20,102 nt of DNA from Candidatus Hydrogenedentota bacterium (GCA_029974275.1 JARKSN010000222.1:1-20102), one strand, 5' to 3'; positions 1-9,057 are shown, counted from the first letter of the stretch. Notes: generated by a model from the letters alone, not told the origin. Made by a program: numbers and translations.

Positions 1-959
1 GGAGCGACGTCTGCTTGGGTCATAAATCCCGCCCGCAAGCGGCACAGCAGCGTTCCCGCGAACGCGCCGGGAAAAAACGGCAGGAAAGAGGCCGGGCGCG
101 AAGCAAAAACAAGACGTGGCGCGGGGCCGTCCAACGCAGCGTTCCTCTCAAGGAAACGATTCAGCTTATCCGCCGCCTGTTGCAGCGAGGCGTCATCCAA
201 GCGCTTATGCGCCTCAACCAATGCGGGCAAGCAACGCGCGGCAAGATAGACGCTTGCCGCATTACGGTTGCGTTGCGTCAGCGGCATTGCCCCGTCGAGA
301 ACCCCGGCGCTTTGTTGTGCGCGGACCAGGGAAGCCGCCGCGCCGGAGACGTAGCGCTCGACCTTTTCCCAGGTTCCGGCGCACGCCGCGTATCCCATGA
401 GCAGTTCCATGGCAGCGGCGACCGAACAGGGGGCGTAGTCCGTGAACTCGCTGGTTTCCCAGTCGTTGAACGTTTGCAGCAGCTTGTTCCACAGTTCTTT
501 GAGCAGTCTTCGCTCAATGTAGAACTCTATCGACCGCGCGATGCCAGAGGGGACGCCGCGGCCTGCCTTCTTCAGATACCGCAGCGCGCGGCATGCCGCC
601 GCCAGGGCGGCTGGTTCGTGCGGCATGCCGCCCTCGAAGGGGTTGAACTCGAAATACGAATTGCGGAACGCGCCGTTCTCGAGTTGCGCGGCGGCGAGAA
701 CGCTCAGGTCTTGTTCGATGCGATCCAGATACGCTCCATCGCGCGTGGCGCGATGCATGGCGATCGCGGCGTCCAGCAGCGCTTCATAACGCCAATCGAA
801 TCCGGGGCCGCAGTATGCCATGGACGTGTTGCGGAACCCGATGACCGGGCCGTAGTGCCCGTCCTCGTCGCGGATGGTCTCCAGCCACGCCTCGGCGCCC
901 GCGACGGCGGAGGCGATGCCGGGCGTTTGAGAGGGCGCCGCGTTGATCACGGTGGACAC
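1..959 (-). CDS. Hypothetical alpha/alpha-toroid-like protein (six-hairpin glycosidase / prenyltransferase-squalene-cyclase-like fold); 3' end outside the window
   Basis: Not in the ORF track. I translated it by hand from GTG at 959: MSTVINAAPSQTPGIASAVAGAEAWLETIRDEDGHYGPVIGFRNTSMAYCGPGFDWRYEALLDAAIAMHRATRDGAYLDRIE...AAQLENGAFRNSYFEFNPFEGGMPHEPAA..., open for 319 codons to the window edge. GAGGTG RBS lies 5 nt upstream and overlaps the stop of the preceding gene. Repeated amphipathic helices end in Q-x-x-x-G-like turns (AQLENGAF, RAQQSAGVLDGAM). The fold call is inference. Confidence 0.75.
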   Translation of the reverse strand, partial: MSTVINAAPSQTPGIASAVAGAEAWLETIRDEDGHYGPVIGFRNTSMAYCGPGFDWRYEALLDAAIAMHRATRDGAYLDRIEQDLSVLAAAQLENGAFRNSYFEFNPFEGGMPHEPAALAAACRALRYLKKAGRGVPSGIARSIEFYIERRLLKELWNKLLQTFNDWETSEFTDYAPCSVAAAMELLMGYAACAGTWEKVERYVSGAAASLVRAQQSAGVLDGAMPLTQRNRNAASVYLAARCLPALVEAHKRLDDASLQQAADKLNRFLERNAALDGPAPRLVFASRPASFLPFFPGAFAGTLLCRLRAGFMTQADVA

Positions 960-963
960 GGAA

Positions 964-2367
964 TCACCTCTTTTCCAATTCGTATACGAGCGTCTTGCTG
1001 ACATAACGCGACCACGATTGCGTCGCGAACCGCTGGTCGCGCCAGTCGATGATCCAGTCTCCCAATCCGTGCCAACGGAGTTTCCGGCATAGACGTTCGG
1101 CGGTCGATACGATCTTCACGGTTGCGGGCTCCAGCCCCGTCAGCGATCGGATGCGGAACCCCGCATGTTGAAAAAGCGTCGCCGCTTCCTTCGGCTCGAA
1201 CTTGCGCTCGGGGCCGTAGTCCCAATTGCGGCCAAGCGCATAGTTCTTGCGCAAGGTCCGGCGATAGCGATAAAGATGCGGGTAGAAACGATTTGAAACG
1301 ACAACCATCGCCGTCCCGTCTGGCTTGAGCACGCGATGCATCTCGCGCGCGAGCGGCAACGGGTCTTCAAAATGGCCAAGCCGCTCGTAGCAGGAGATGA
1401 CGTCGATCGAGTTGTCCGGAAGGGGAATGCGAATGGCGGCATCGTCCGGATTCACGGGAAACGCGATCGCATCGGACTTCACGATCCCGCGCAGCCGCTG
1501 GCGCATGAAATCGGCGATGCCTTCCGTGAGATCATAGGCATACAGCGCGCCGATGTCCGGGGTGCACGCGTTGAGTAGCTGTAGCGCGAGGTCGGCGTTG
1601 TGCGAAAAAATATCCAGCGCCGCCGGTTTTTTGCGTCGCGCGATCAACATGCCCAAACGGTCGATCATGTAGCGGAACTTGGGCGAGAAGCGCGGGTCAG
1701 GGTTGACGTGCAGCGTTTTGCCGTCGATCCCAATTCCCTTGTACCACAGAATCTTCTCGCGGAAATCGGCGAGCTGCCGCAATTTCCATACATGGGGACG
1801 AATGTCGGGGTGGCACAGCTTATCCGCGCCGCCGACGGCGTTGAAACTGATGACTTCGTCCACGGATCGGCGCTCGGGAACGGCGGGCTCGTCGTCGCGA
1901 TAGCCCAGACAGACAAGCCCGAAATTCTGCAAATGCTCCGGCGCATGAAGTGCCGCTGCAACGCCCCGAGGACTGCGAATGCCGCCGAGGTAGATCGCGC
2001 CCAAGCCTTCCGCTTCCGCCGCAAGCAAAAGACCGTAGATGGCCATGCCCGCCGTGATCACCGGCGTGCAGCAGGGATTCCGGCTCTCCATCGTCGTGTC
2101 GTAAAAAACGGCGATAATTGCCGGAGCGTCGTACAAGTAGGATTGCGCTTCGTCATCGCCCAGCCGCGACATGCGGGCCTTGACCGCCGGATCTGTGACA
2201 ATCACGAAATGCCAAAGCTGGCGGTTGCACGATGTCGGGGCCTGGATGGCCGCATGGACCAAGCGCCGAATGACGTCCGGCGGGACAGGGGTCTCCTGGA
2301 ACAGGCGCGTGCTGCGCCGCTCCATGGAAAGACGCCAAAAAGCTTCCGCAGGCGACGGGCGTTCCAT
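964..2367 (-). CDS. Nitroreductase-family domain fused to a class I SAM-dependent methyltransferase-like domain
   Basis: N-terminal FMN-binding nitroreductase motifs RRSTRLF, APTSCNRQLWHF, AEAEGLGAIY and LVCLGY. C-terminal Methyltransf_11-like motifs YAYDL, IPLPDNSIDVI and HFEDP..AREMHRVLKPDG. Start moved from 2514 to ATG 2367 (MERPSP) because homology begins there and GGGGAG lies upstream. Confidence 0.85.
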   Translation of the reverse strand: MERPSPAEAFWRLSMERRSTRLFQETPVPPDVIRRLVHAAIQAPTSCNRQLWHFVIVTDPAVKARMSRLGDDEAQSYLYDAPAIIAVFYDTTMESRNPCCTPVITAGMAIYGLLLAAEAEGLGAIYLGGIRSPRGVAAALHAPEHLQNFGLVCLGYRDDEPAVPERRSVDEVISFNAVGGADKLCHPDIRPHVWKLRQLADFREKILWYKGIGIDGKTLHVNPDPRFSPKFRYMIDRLGMLIARRKKPAALDIFSHNADLALQLLNACTPDIGALYAYDLTEGIADFMRQRLRGIVKSDAIAFPVNPDDAAIRIPLPDNSIDVISCYERLGHFEDPLPLAREMHRVLKPDGTAMVVVSNRFYPHLYRYRRTLRKNYALGRNWDYGPERKFEPKEAATLFQHAGFRIRSLTGLEPATVKIVSTAERLCRKLRWHGLGDWIIDWRDQRFATQSWSRYVSKTLVYELEKR

Positions 2368-2542
2368 ATGCCCAGGCATTCTCCCCCGGCAAACCGGCCA
2401 AACCAGCATCTCATGCCCGCGCCCACGATAGACAAACGCCGCGCGTCTCTGCAACAGCCGGGCGAACGATCCTCGCGATCCTTCCCTTTTGCCCGAGAAG
2501 GCGCCGGGACGCAAGCGGCCCCGCGCGCCTCGCCGCCCCTTC

Positions 2543-3676
2543 TCAGAAAACGCGAAGCGTCATCGTCTTCAGGTAAGCGGTCTCCGGCATGGCCGCCAAC
2601 ACGGGATGATCGGGCGCGGCTCCCCGCGTTTCCAAAATCCACACATCGCGTTGAAGGGCGCGCGCGGCGCGCTTGATGGCCTCGAAAAACGAATCCAGGT
2701 CGACCGCGTGCGAACAAGAAGACGTGACCAAAAAACCGCCCGGCTCCACCGCCGCCATCGCATCGCGATTCAACGATTGATACAGGCCCAACGCCTTGGC
2801 GGCCGAGCCGCGCCCCTTTGCCAGCGCGGGCGGATCCAACAGCACGATATCGTAGCGATCGCCCCGCTGAAGCGTCTCCGACACATCGGCGCGCTCAAAC
2901 GCGCACCTATCGCCCACGCCATTGCGCTCGGCGTTGCGCCGGGCATGGTCAATGGCCTGTTGCGAGGAATCCACGCCGAACACGGAGACCGCCCCCTGCA
3001 GCGCCAGCCGACAACTCCACAAACCGACATAGCAGTGCGCGTCCAACACGCGCGCGCCCGGGGCAAACGCGGCTAGACGTTGACTATTCCAACGTTGATC
3101 GAGGAACAAGCCCGTTTTCTGACCGCCCTCGAGGTCGGCCGTCAGAACCAAGCCGTCGATTTCGGCCGTGAGTTCGGCGGGAACCTCGCCAAAACGAATC
3201 GTCTCCGATCCCGCCTGAAGCCGAACCCCCGTCACGCCGTCCTGCGCCAAAAAGGCTTGCGCCAATTCATCGGCGCGTTGACGGTAAAACGAGCACGAGG
3301 TCTGCGCGCTCACAAGCCCCCCGTACCGGTCCGCCATCAAGCCGGGGAGACCATCGCTCTCGCCGTGAATCCAGCGATACGAGGTCTGTCCTGGAAATAG
3401 GCGCTGCCGGAAACGGAGCGCCCGGACAATTCGGTGCAGAAAAAAATCCGCATCGATGTCGACCGATTTGCGGGCCAGAATCCGGACGGCGATGCCGCCC
3501 TCGCTCTGGTAAAACCCTCGCCCTACGAGGCGTCCCGTTTCGGACACGACATCGACCACGGCGCCATCGGGCAGTTTGGGCATCACGGCGAACTCGTTGC
3601 GATACGCCCACAAATGTCCCCGCAGCAGACGGCGATCCTCGCGCGGCTTCAATATGACCTGGCATTTTTCGTGCAT
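2543..3676 (-). CDS. rlmI: RlmI/YccW-family PUA-domain class I SAM-dependent rRNA methyltransferase
   Basis: GHLWAYRNE PUA start, YRWIHGESDGLPGLMADRYG, GQKTGLFLDQR, VLDAHCYVG, YDIVLLDPPAL, LVTSSCS and DHPV...PETAYLK are the family motifs. Start taken as ATG 3676 (MHEKCQ), which avoids overlap with the upstream gene. Confidence 0.9.
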   Translation of the reverse strand: MHEKCQVILKPREDRRLLRGHLWAYRNEFAVMPKLPDGAVVDVVSETGRLVGRGFYQSEGGIAVRILARKSVDIDADFFLHRIVRALRFRQRLFPGQTSYRWIHGESDGLPGLMADRYGGLVSAQTSCSFYRQRADELAQAFLAQDGVTGVRLQAGSETIRFGEVPAELTAEIDGLVLTADLEGGQKTGLFLDQRWNSQRLAAFAPGARVLDAHCYVGLWSCRLALQGAVSVFGVDSSQQAIDHARRNAERNGVGDRCAFERADVSETLQRGDRYDIVLLDPPALAKGRGSAAKALGLYQSLNRDAMAAVEPGGFLVTSSCSHAVDLDSFFEAIKRAARALQRDVWILETRGAAPDHPVLAAMPETAYLKTMTLRVF

Positions 3677-3732
3677 AGGGAGCGAAGTGTACCCCAAAAA
3701 AGGCGGCGATTGCCACCCGACGGCGCAGGCGG

Positions 3733-4848
3733 TCATGCCGTCGGCAACGGCGAAGCGAATAGCGTCGCATACACGGCGGAGATTTTCGCCGCGATGTCCT
3801 CCGGAGAATGCTTCGCGATCATCGCGGCGCGCGCCGCTTTGCCGAGACGCTTCCGCAAGATGGCGCTCTCGTACAGACGCTCCAATGCCTGGGCGAACGC
3901 CTCGGCGTTGTTATTCGGCACGATGAGCCCCGTGCGCTCGTCCTCTATCGGATGGGCGCTGCCCTTGCAGGCGACCGTGGGGCGTCCCGCAGCCATGGCA
4001 TTCAGCAATTTGATGGGATAGCCCGACCACGACCCGCGCGGGCATGCCACAATGACGTCCTGCGACAAGATGCCGCGCAGGCCCGCAACCGTACACGTGC
4101 GAACCGTCTCCGCCCCCTTGACCGATCCTTCCGCCGCCGTGGCGACGATCCAACGCACGTCCGCATGTTTTCGCCTGAGACGCCGGACGGCTTCCGTCAG
4201 AAGCCCAAGATTCTGGTAGGCGTCAAGATTGCCGGCATAGACGATGGCAGGAGGGTCGCTGCCATACCGGGGTTCATCGAATGCGCGGGTCTCGACCGAC
4301 GGCGGAACGACATGAATGCGTTCCGGTCTGCATCTTCGCAGCACGAGATAATCGCGCAACCGTTTGTGCGGCGTAATGATTGCGTCCGCCCGGCGCGGAA
4401 ACGCCGTATCCAACCACCCCCCAAAAGCGCGCGCGGCGCGAAGGCGGCGGGGAAAGTAATACGGCAACTCATCGGTCATGGCATTGTGCGCATGGTACGC
4501 GATCGGACGGAAACCCGACGCAAGCGCTGCGATCAGCCCTTCGTAATTATGCGCATGCACGATGTCGATGCGCTGCTCGCGCACAACCTTTCGAAGCGCC
4601 GCCACAAGCGCGGCATCGAGCAGCGGCTTGACCAGCGACGGGCCCGCGCGGGTGCGGCGGACGCCGGGGATCGTCAGGGCCCGGTGCACGCGAATGTCCG
4701 GCGGCGGGTCGCCAATGCCGTATCCATACACGACCAGATGAACCTCGTGTCCGCATTGCTGGAGGCCCCGCGCCGTCGATTCCAGCAGCACTTGCGATCC
4801 CTGCGGCGCGGGATACGGGCACGCGCCCACGACGGCCACGCGCCACAT
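3733..4848 (-). CDS. Glycosyltransferase family 4 (GT-B fold)
   Basis: GHEVHLV, IDIVHAHNYEG, YHAHN, IHVVPPSVE, IVYAGNL, PIKLLNAMAAGRPTV, TGLIVP and LGKAAR. Its ATG overlaps the upstream TAA (TAATG at 4846-4850). Confidence 0.92.
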   Translation of the reverse strand: MWRVAVVGACPYPAPQGSQVLLESTARGLQQCGHEVHLVVYGYGIGDPPPDIRVHRALTIPGVRRTRAGPSLVKPLLDAALVAALRKVVREQRIDIVHAHNYEGLIAALASGFRPIAYHAHNAMTDELPYYFPRRLRAARAFGGWLDTAFPRRADAIITPHKRLRDYLVLRRCRPERIHVVPPSVETRAFDEPRYGSDPPAIVYAGNLDAYQNLGLLTEAVRRLRRKHADVRWIVATAAEGSVKGAETVRTCTVAGLRGILSQDVIVACPRGSWSGYPIKLLNAMAAGRPTVACKGSAHPIEDERTGLIVPNNNAEAFAQALERLYESAILRKRLGKAARAAMIAKHSPEDIAAKISAVYATLFASPLPTA

Positions 4849-6425
4849 TATTCGAGATACCCCAGATCGCGTAGACGCTTCTCCACGATGCGTTCCTCTT
4901 CGGCGGTGTAATCCTGCTCCGCGGGAGGATGGAAACCCTCGCCGTCCACGCCGCCCCGCACGCCAAGCAAGTCCGTTCCGTCCATCGTCGGCCCCGCGAC
5001 GCCCAAAAGCCCCAAGACCGTCGGGGCAATATCCTCAAGCCGCACCGCGTCCGTGGACAGGGGCATGGACGACAAAAAAGCGCCGAAGGGGCGATGCGTG
5101 CCATTCATGCCCTTTTCCTTGCCGCCCAGGTATTCGTCGGGGCCGAGTTGCCGCATGCTTTGCCCGCCCCGGCTCCGCAAGAAACTGTACGAGTACCCGT
5201 TGTCCAACGCGGGCACGATGACAATGTCCGGGGCGCGGTCGACATGGGGCCCGTCGTAGACGCGCCCCCGCGGCAACGCGCGCGCCACCGGTTCCCACGA
5301 TTCCAGCTGCGCGCACAACGCCAGACAGAAGCGCTCGTACTCTTCCGGGGCCACTTGCCCCTCCGGTTCGCGGTCACGCAGGTTGATGCGCACCGAAGGG
5401 AAATAATTGAGTTCCTCCGACCACGCCATCGTATGCGCCCAGTCGATCCCCGCGAAACGATCTTTGCTCTCCGCGCGCTCGGCCAACCCCTGGAACTGCC
5501 GGAACAGCGCGCCGCGCACGCGTGACGGCGTGGTCTTCAACGCAAGCTTCTTGAGCGGGCTGCCGCTCCGTCCCGTGAAACGCAAGTAGCCGTTTTCCGC
5601 GAGCCAATTGTTGATATGCGCCACGCGAGCGCCCGCGCCGCCAAACCCATGGTCCGAAACGATGAACGCCGCCGCGTCGGGCCCCGCCGCGTCGACAAGA
5701 CGCCCCACGGCCGCATCAAGCCGCTCATAGACTTTTCGGATGGCATCTTTGTGCCCCGGGCGATGACGCGGCGATCGCGGGTCGTGAAACAGCCAATAGT
5801 GGTGCGCCACGGTGTCCGACTCGCCAAACACGGCCATGAAGAAGTCCCACGGCTCCCGGCGCAACAACCCCAGCGCGATCGCCTCCTTGGTCTCGATGCC
5901 CTGCAACAGGCGCGGCAACGCCTCGTTATGCCATCGCGGGCCGATGGAACTCTCCTGAAAGTCCGCGAAACGCCAGCCCCGCACGTGCGCAAACAGGTCC
6001 GGCGGATACACGAACGCGGAGCTGACCTGCGTCGACACGGGCGAATCGAAACCGGAAACCATGCACCCGTTCACGCTCTCGGGCGGGAACGTGCCGGGCA
6101 CGCCGAGAACGCACACCCGCTTCCCCGCGTCCGAGAGGATGTTCCAGAGGGCAGGGGCTTTTCGGTGCGTGGCGTTCACGAATCGGATGTCGTAACGCCC
6201 CCGCACAAGTTCGGTGAAATCGAACATGCCGTGGCGTCCAGGACCAACGCCCGTGACGCACGTCATCCACGCCGGAAAAGTCGCCGGGGGCGTGGTGCTG
6301 GCGCACGCGAAGAACGCGCCGCGCGCGCGCAACGCCGCAAGACAGGGGAGCGCCCCCTCATCCATCCACGGTCCCAACAGCGACGGTTCCGCGCCGTCGA
6401 GGCCTATCAAGAGAACCCGCGCCAT
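4848..6425 (-). CDS. Alkaline phosphatase superfamily protein (type I phosphodiesterase / nucleotide pyrophosphatase-like)
   Basis: Metal and nucleophile motifs IGLDGA, STTPPATFPAW, TGVGPGRHGMFDF, DTVAHHYW, SDHGFG and GTH. C-terminal EEERIVEKRLRDLGYLE tail. Start moved to ATG 6425 (MARVLL), which has an AGGTGAGG RBS. No signal peptide seen. Confidence 0.9.
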   Translation of the reverse strand: MARVLLIGLDGAEPSLLGPWMDEGALPCLAALRARGAFFACASTTPPATFPAWMTCVTGVGPGRHGMFDFTELVRGRYDIRFVNATHRKAPALWNILSDAGKRVCVLGVPGTFPPESVNGCMVSGFDSPVSTQVSSAFVYPPDLFAHVRGWRFADFQESSIGPRWHNEALPRLLQGIETKEAIALGLLRREPWDFFMAVFGESDTVAHHYWLFHDPRSPRHRPGHKDAIRKVYERLDAAVGRLVDAAGPDAAAFIVSDHGFGGAGARVAHINNWLAENGYLRFTGRSGSPLKKLALKTTPSRVRGALFRQFQGLAERAESKDRFAGIDWAHTMAWSEELNYFPSVRINLRDREPEGQVAPEEYERFCLALCAQLESWEPVARALPRGRVYDGPHVDRAPDIVIVPALDNGYSYSFLRSRGGQSMRQLGPDEYLGGKEKGMNGTHRPFGAFLSSMPLSTDAVRLEDIAPTVLGLLGVAGPTMDGTDLLGVRGGVDGEGFHPPAEQDYTAEEERIVEKRLRDLGYLE

Positions 6426-6484
6426 GGCTGCCTCACCTGTCAGGCGTTCGATGCCTGCGGCCCAATCGTCGCGGCCCTCGCGGG

Positions 6485-7963
6485 TCACGCATCCAGATGG
6501 GCGCGAAACGCGCGCTCGTAGCCCTCCAAATCGCCGCACTCGCCTGCGACGATCCGGCGCGTCTCGATCGAAAAGCCCCGGCCGATTGCGGCAAGGTCTT
6601 TGTGATCGAGAACCATCCAGGCCAACAACGCCGCGCCCATCGATGTTCCCTCCCGCAAATTCGTCAACGCAATCGTGCAATCGGGGCACAACGCCGCCAA
6701 GAGTTCACAGTACTGCGCGTTGCGCGAAAAACCGCCCTCGATAAAGACGTGCGTGCCTTTGCTCGCGCCGCAGCGGAAAAGCATCTCGCGGGTCTGAATG
6801 GCAAGACTCGCGTTGATCGCGGCAAGGTACCGCTGGCCAAGGCGCGTCAGCGGCTGCGCGGATCCCTGGCGCAGGTCCTTGAGCGAATGCGTCCTGTCCC
6901 CGTGAATCACGCGCGGCGCAGCGCCCGAAAAGATGCAGGCGTCCGGCAGCACCCCCGGCATCACAAACAAATCCTTGTCGCGCACAAGCGACGCGAGGGC
7001 TTCCGGGTCGCCGCAGTCTTTCTCGCGCGTGAGCGACGTGAACGCGTCGTATTCCATGCCCGCGGGAAAGATGCATGTCTTCACCGGACGGTTGAACGCG
7101 TCAAGATTGAAGAAGACCTTTTGCCGAATCTCCTCGTCCGAAAGCTCCGGCGAGTCGGCATGGCGCATGCCCACGCACCAGGTGCCCGTCGAATTCAAAA
7201 TGTAATTGCGATGCCCCTGCGCCAAGTACGGCAAGAAGTTCGCATTCGAATCGTGAATGCCGACGGTCACCGCGCAATCCTCCGGCAATCCGCACGCAAC
7301 GGCGATGTCCGGGCGGACCCGCCCCAGGCTTTCCCAAGGAGCCGAAAGCTTCTCGGGGAATTTATCCTCGACGCCCAACCCCTGCGCCACGGCGCTCCAC
7401 CGGTTGTGCGCAATGTCCCACAAATAGCTATGGTTGCCCAGATAGGTTGGCTCCATCCCCCGACGTCCCGTCAGGAGATGCCCGATGTATTGCGGATAAA
7501 ACACGATATGCCGGCAACGCGCCCAAGCCTCGGGCAAACGCGTCTTCACATAGAAAAGAGACTTCGCCAAATTGGCGAAACCGAAATCCGCCGTGCCCGT
7601 CGCGCGATGAAGTGCGTCGCGCTCGCCGAAGGTCGCGTAGAACGCCTCTTGCACCTCCGCGCCCTTCTCGCTGGTGTACGACAGCACCGGATACGCCAAG
7701 GATCCATCCTCGGCCAGCAACGCGCACGTCGCCCCGTGCGTCGTCACGCTGATAGCCCGAATGTCGTACTCTTTCGAAAACGCCGCAAGCGTCTGGGTGA
7801 ACCAGCGCAGCAGATCATCGGTCCGCTCGATTTCCAGCCCATCCCGATCCGCCGTTTCCAGCACCGTGCGTTCGGTCGCCAGAATGGCAAACCCGCGATC
7901 ATAAAGACTGACCTTCTTGTTCGTTTTTCCAATATCCAGAACGGCGGCGACGGATTGCTTCAT
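6485..7963 (-). CDS. FGGY-family carbohydrate kinase (rhamnulokinase / L-fuculokinase-like)
   Basis: VLDIGKTNKK phosphate-1 motif, THGA, GIHDSNA, STGTW, EGGFSRN and EGTSMGAA. Start ATG 7963 with a GGAG RBS. Substrate cannot be assigned from sequence. Confidence 0.88.
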   Translation of the reverse strand: MKQSVAAVLDIGKTNKKVSLYDRGFAILATERTVLETADRDGLEIERTDDLLRWFTQTLAAFSKEYDIRAISVTTHGATCALLAEDGSLAYPVLSYTSEKGAEVQEAFYATFGERDALHRATGTADFGFANLAKSLFYVKTRLPEAWARCRHIVFYPQYIGHLLTGRRGMEPTYLGNHSYLWDIAHNRWSAVAQGLGVEDKFPEKLSAPWESLGRVRPDIAVACGLPEDCAVTVGIHDSNANFLPYLAQGHRNYILNSTGTWCVGMRHADSPELSDEEIRQKVFFNLDAFNRPVKTCIFPAGMEYDAFTSLTREKDCGDPEALASLVRDKDLFVMPGVLPDACIFSGAAPRVIHGDRTHSLKDLRQGSAQPLTRLGQRYLAAINASLAIQTREMLFRCGASKGTHVFIEGGFSRNAQYCELLAALCPDCTIALTNLREGTSMGAALLAWMVLDHKDLAAIGRGFSIETRRIVAGECGDLEGYERAFRAHLDA

Positions 7964-8023
7964 GATTTCGGCTCCAACGATCCCTATTCGGCCCGGCGCA
8001 TCGAAACGACGCTCCTGAACAAA

Positions 8024-8034
8024 ATTGTACACAA
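8024..8034 (-). promoter_or_regulatory. Putative -10 element (TACAAT) overlapped by a GntR/FadR-like operator TTGTACACAA, upstream of the sugar kinase
   Basis: Minus-strand TACAAT at 8024-8029. TTGT-AC-ACAA dyad at 8025-8034 in an AT-rich patch, one mismatch from TTGTATACAA. Confidence 0.45.
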
Positions 8035-8104
8035 AAGACGCCCGGCTTTCTGCTATTCAACCGGAGAACATGTGCGAACGCCCGCTCCTGTTTGCCGGAT
8101 AGGC

Positions 8105-8848
8105 CTATGACTGTTCCCCAGGCATCCCGCGCCCGTCGGTCACCCAAACCCCTTGGGCCTCGCGGCGAACGGCACAGGGGACCGCGCCGGTAAGATCAAA
8201 GCGGGCGCAGTACGAGATGTCGTCGTCGAGCCCCACGCGGCGAAGCTTCTCGGCATGCGGGGCGGCGTGGAACAAGGCGTCCAGACCTTCCGCTTCAATG
8301 CGTCGCCGCCATTGAGCGAACTGCCCCGCCCCATGCCCAATGTCGCCGCTCATGCGCATGACCAGCGCCGCGGCGGCGGCCCAATCCTCCTGCGCGTCAA
8401 AATGCGGGTCCGTTGCAAGCCCTGCGGGAATGACCGCCACGTCGCGCCCATGCGATTGCGCACGAGCGATCACGGCCTGCGCATTCAGAGGAGTTCCCAT
8501 GTACACCCCCGGCGCGCCCCACGACGCCACCAGACGCCCCGCGCCGGTGGTCGTCGTGAATACAACCGTCTTGCCGCGCACATCGCCGAGCAAACGAGGA
8601 CTGTTGCCGCCGTCAAACCCTTCCGGAGGAAGCCCGCCACGCTCGCCGTACAGCAGCGCCCCTTCCAGCCGGTCGCGCGCGGCCCGCGCCGCATCCAAAT
8701 CTCCCGTGACAAAAAGACGCGACGCGCCTGCATGCAACAACATCGCCGCCGTCGCGCTGGCGCGCAATGCATCCACAATGACGGCCACGCAACCGGATTC
8801 GGCTGCGTACCGGCACCCCGCTTCCCCCTCGATCAGATGAATCCTCAT
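8105..8848 (-). CDS. comB: 2-phosphosulfolactate phosphatase (ComB) family protein
   Basis: VIVDALRASAT, GERGG, GFDGGNSP, FTTTTG, ED, and the C-terminal DDISYC..D...VP pattern. Start moved to ATG 8848 (MRIHLI), with a GGGAG RBS. Confidence 0.88.
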   Translation of the reverse strand: MRIHLIEGEAGCRYAAESGCVAVIVDALRASATAAMLLHAGASRLFVTGDLDAARAARDRLEGALLYGERGGLPPEGFDGGNSPRLLGDVRGKTVVFTTTTGAGRLVASWGAPGVYMGTPLNAQAVIARAQSHGRDVAVIPAGLATDPHFDAQEDWAAAAALVMRMSGDIGHGAGQFAQWRRRIEAEGLDALFHAAPHAEKLRRVGLDDDISYCARFDLTGAVPCAVRREAQGVWVTDGRGMPGEQS

Positions 8849-9057
8849 CGCCGATACTCCCGTGTACAGAACGTCCCGATCCTGTCGCCGTTGGCGTCCC
8901 GTTGATCGCGTGAACCCAATAAGACCCGGAAACAATACCAGAACGAGGGGGATTCGGGGAATATTCGCAAGATGCGCGGCGGACCCCTGGAAACAAAGAG
9001 AACGTCGCGGCGCGTCGGTTTTCACCGTTTTCGCCGCAATTCACGTCGGCCAACCGG

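Noticed and set aside
15..1001. 328-aa plus-strand ORF
   Set aside because: Antisense shadow of the minus-strand gene starting at 959, which has an RBS, operon coupling and protein-like composition.
964..2367. SagB-type azole dehydrogenase of a RiPP cluster
   Set aside because: No YcaO, E1-like protein or Cys/Ser/Thr-rich precursor is in the window, and the motifs fit a generic nitroreductase.
8105..8848. Coenzyme M biosynthesis locus
   Set aside because: Only a comB-like gene is present, with no other com genes in the window.
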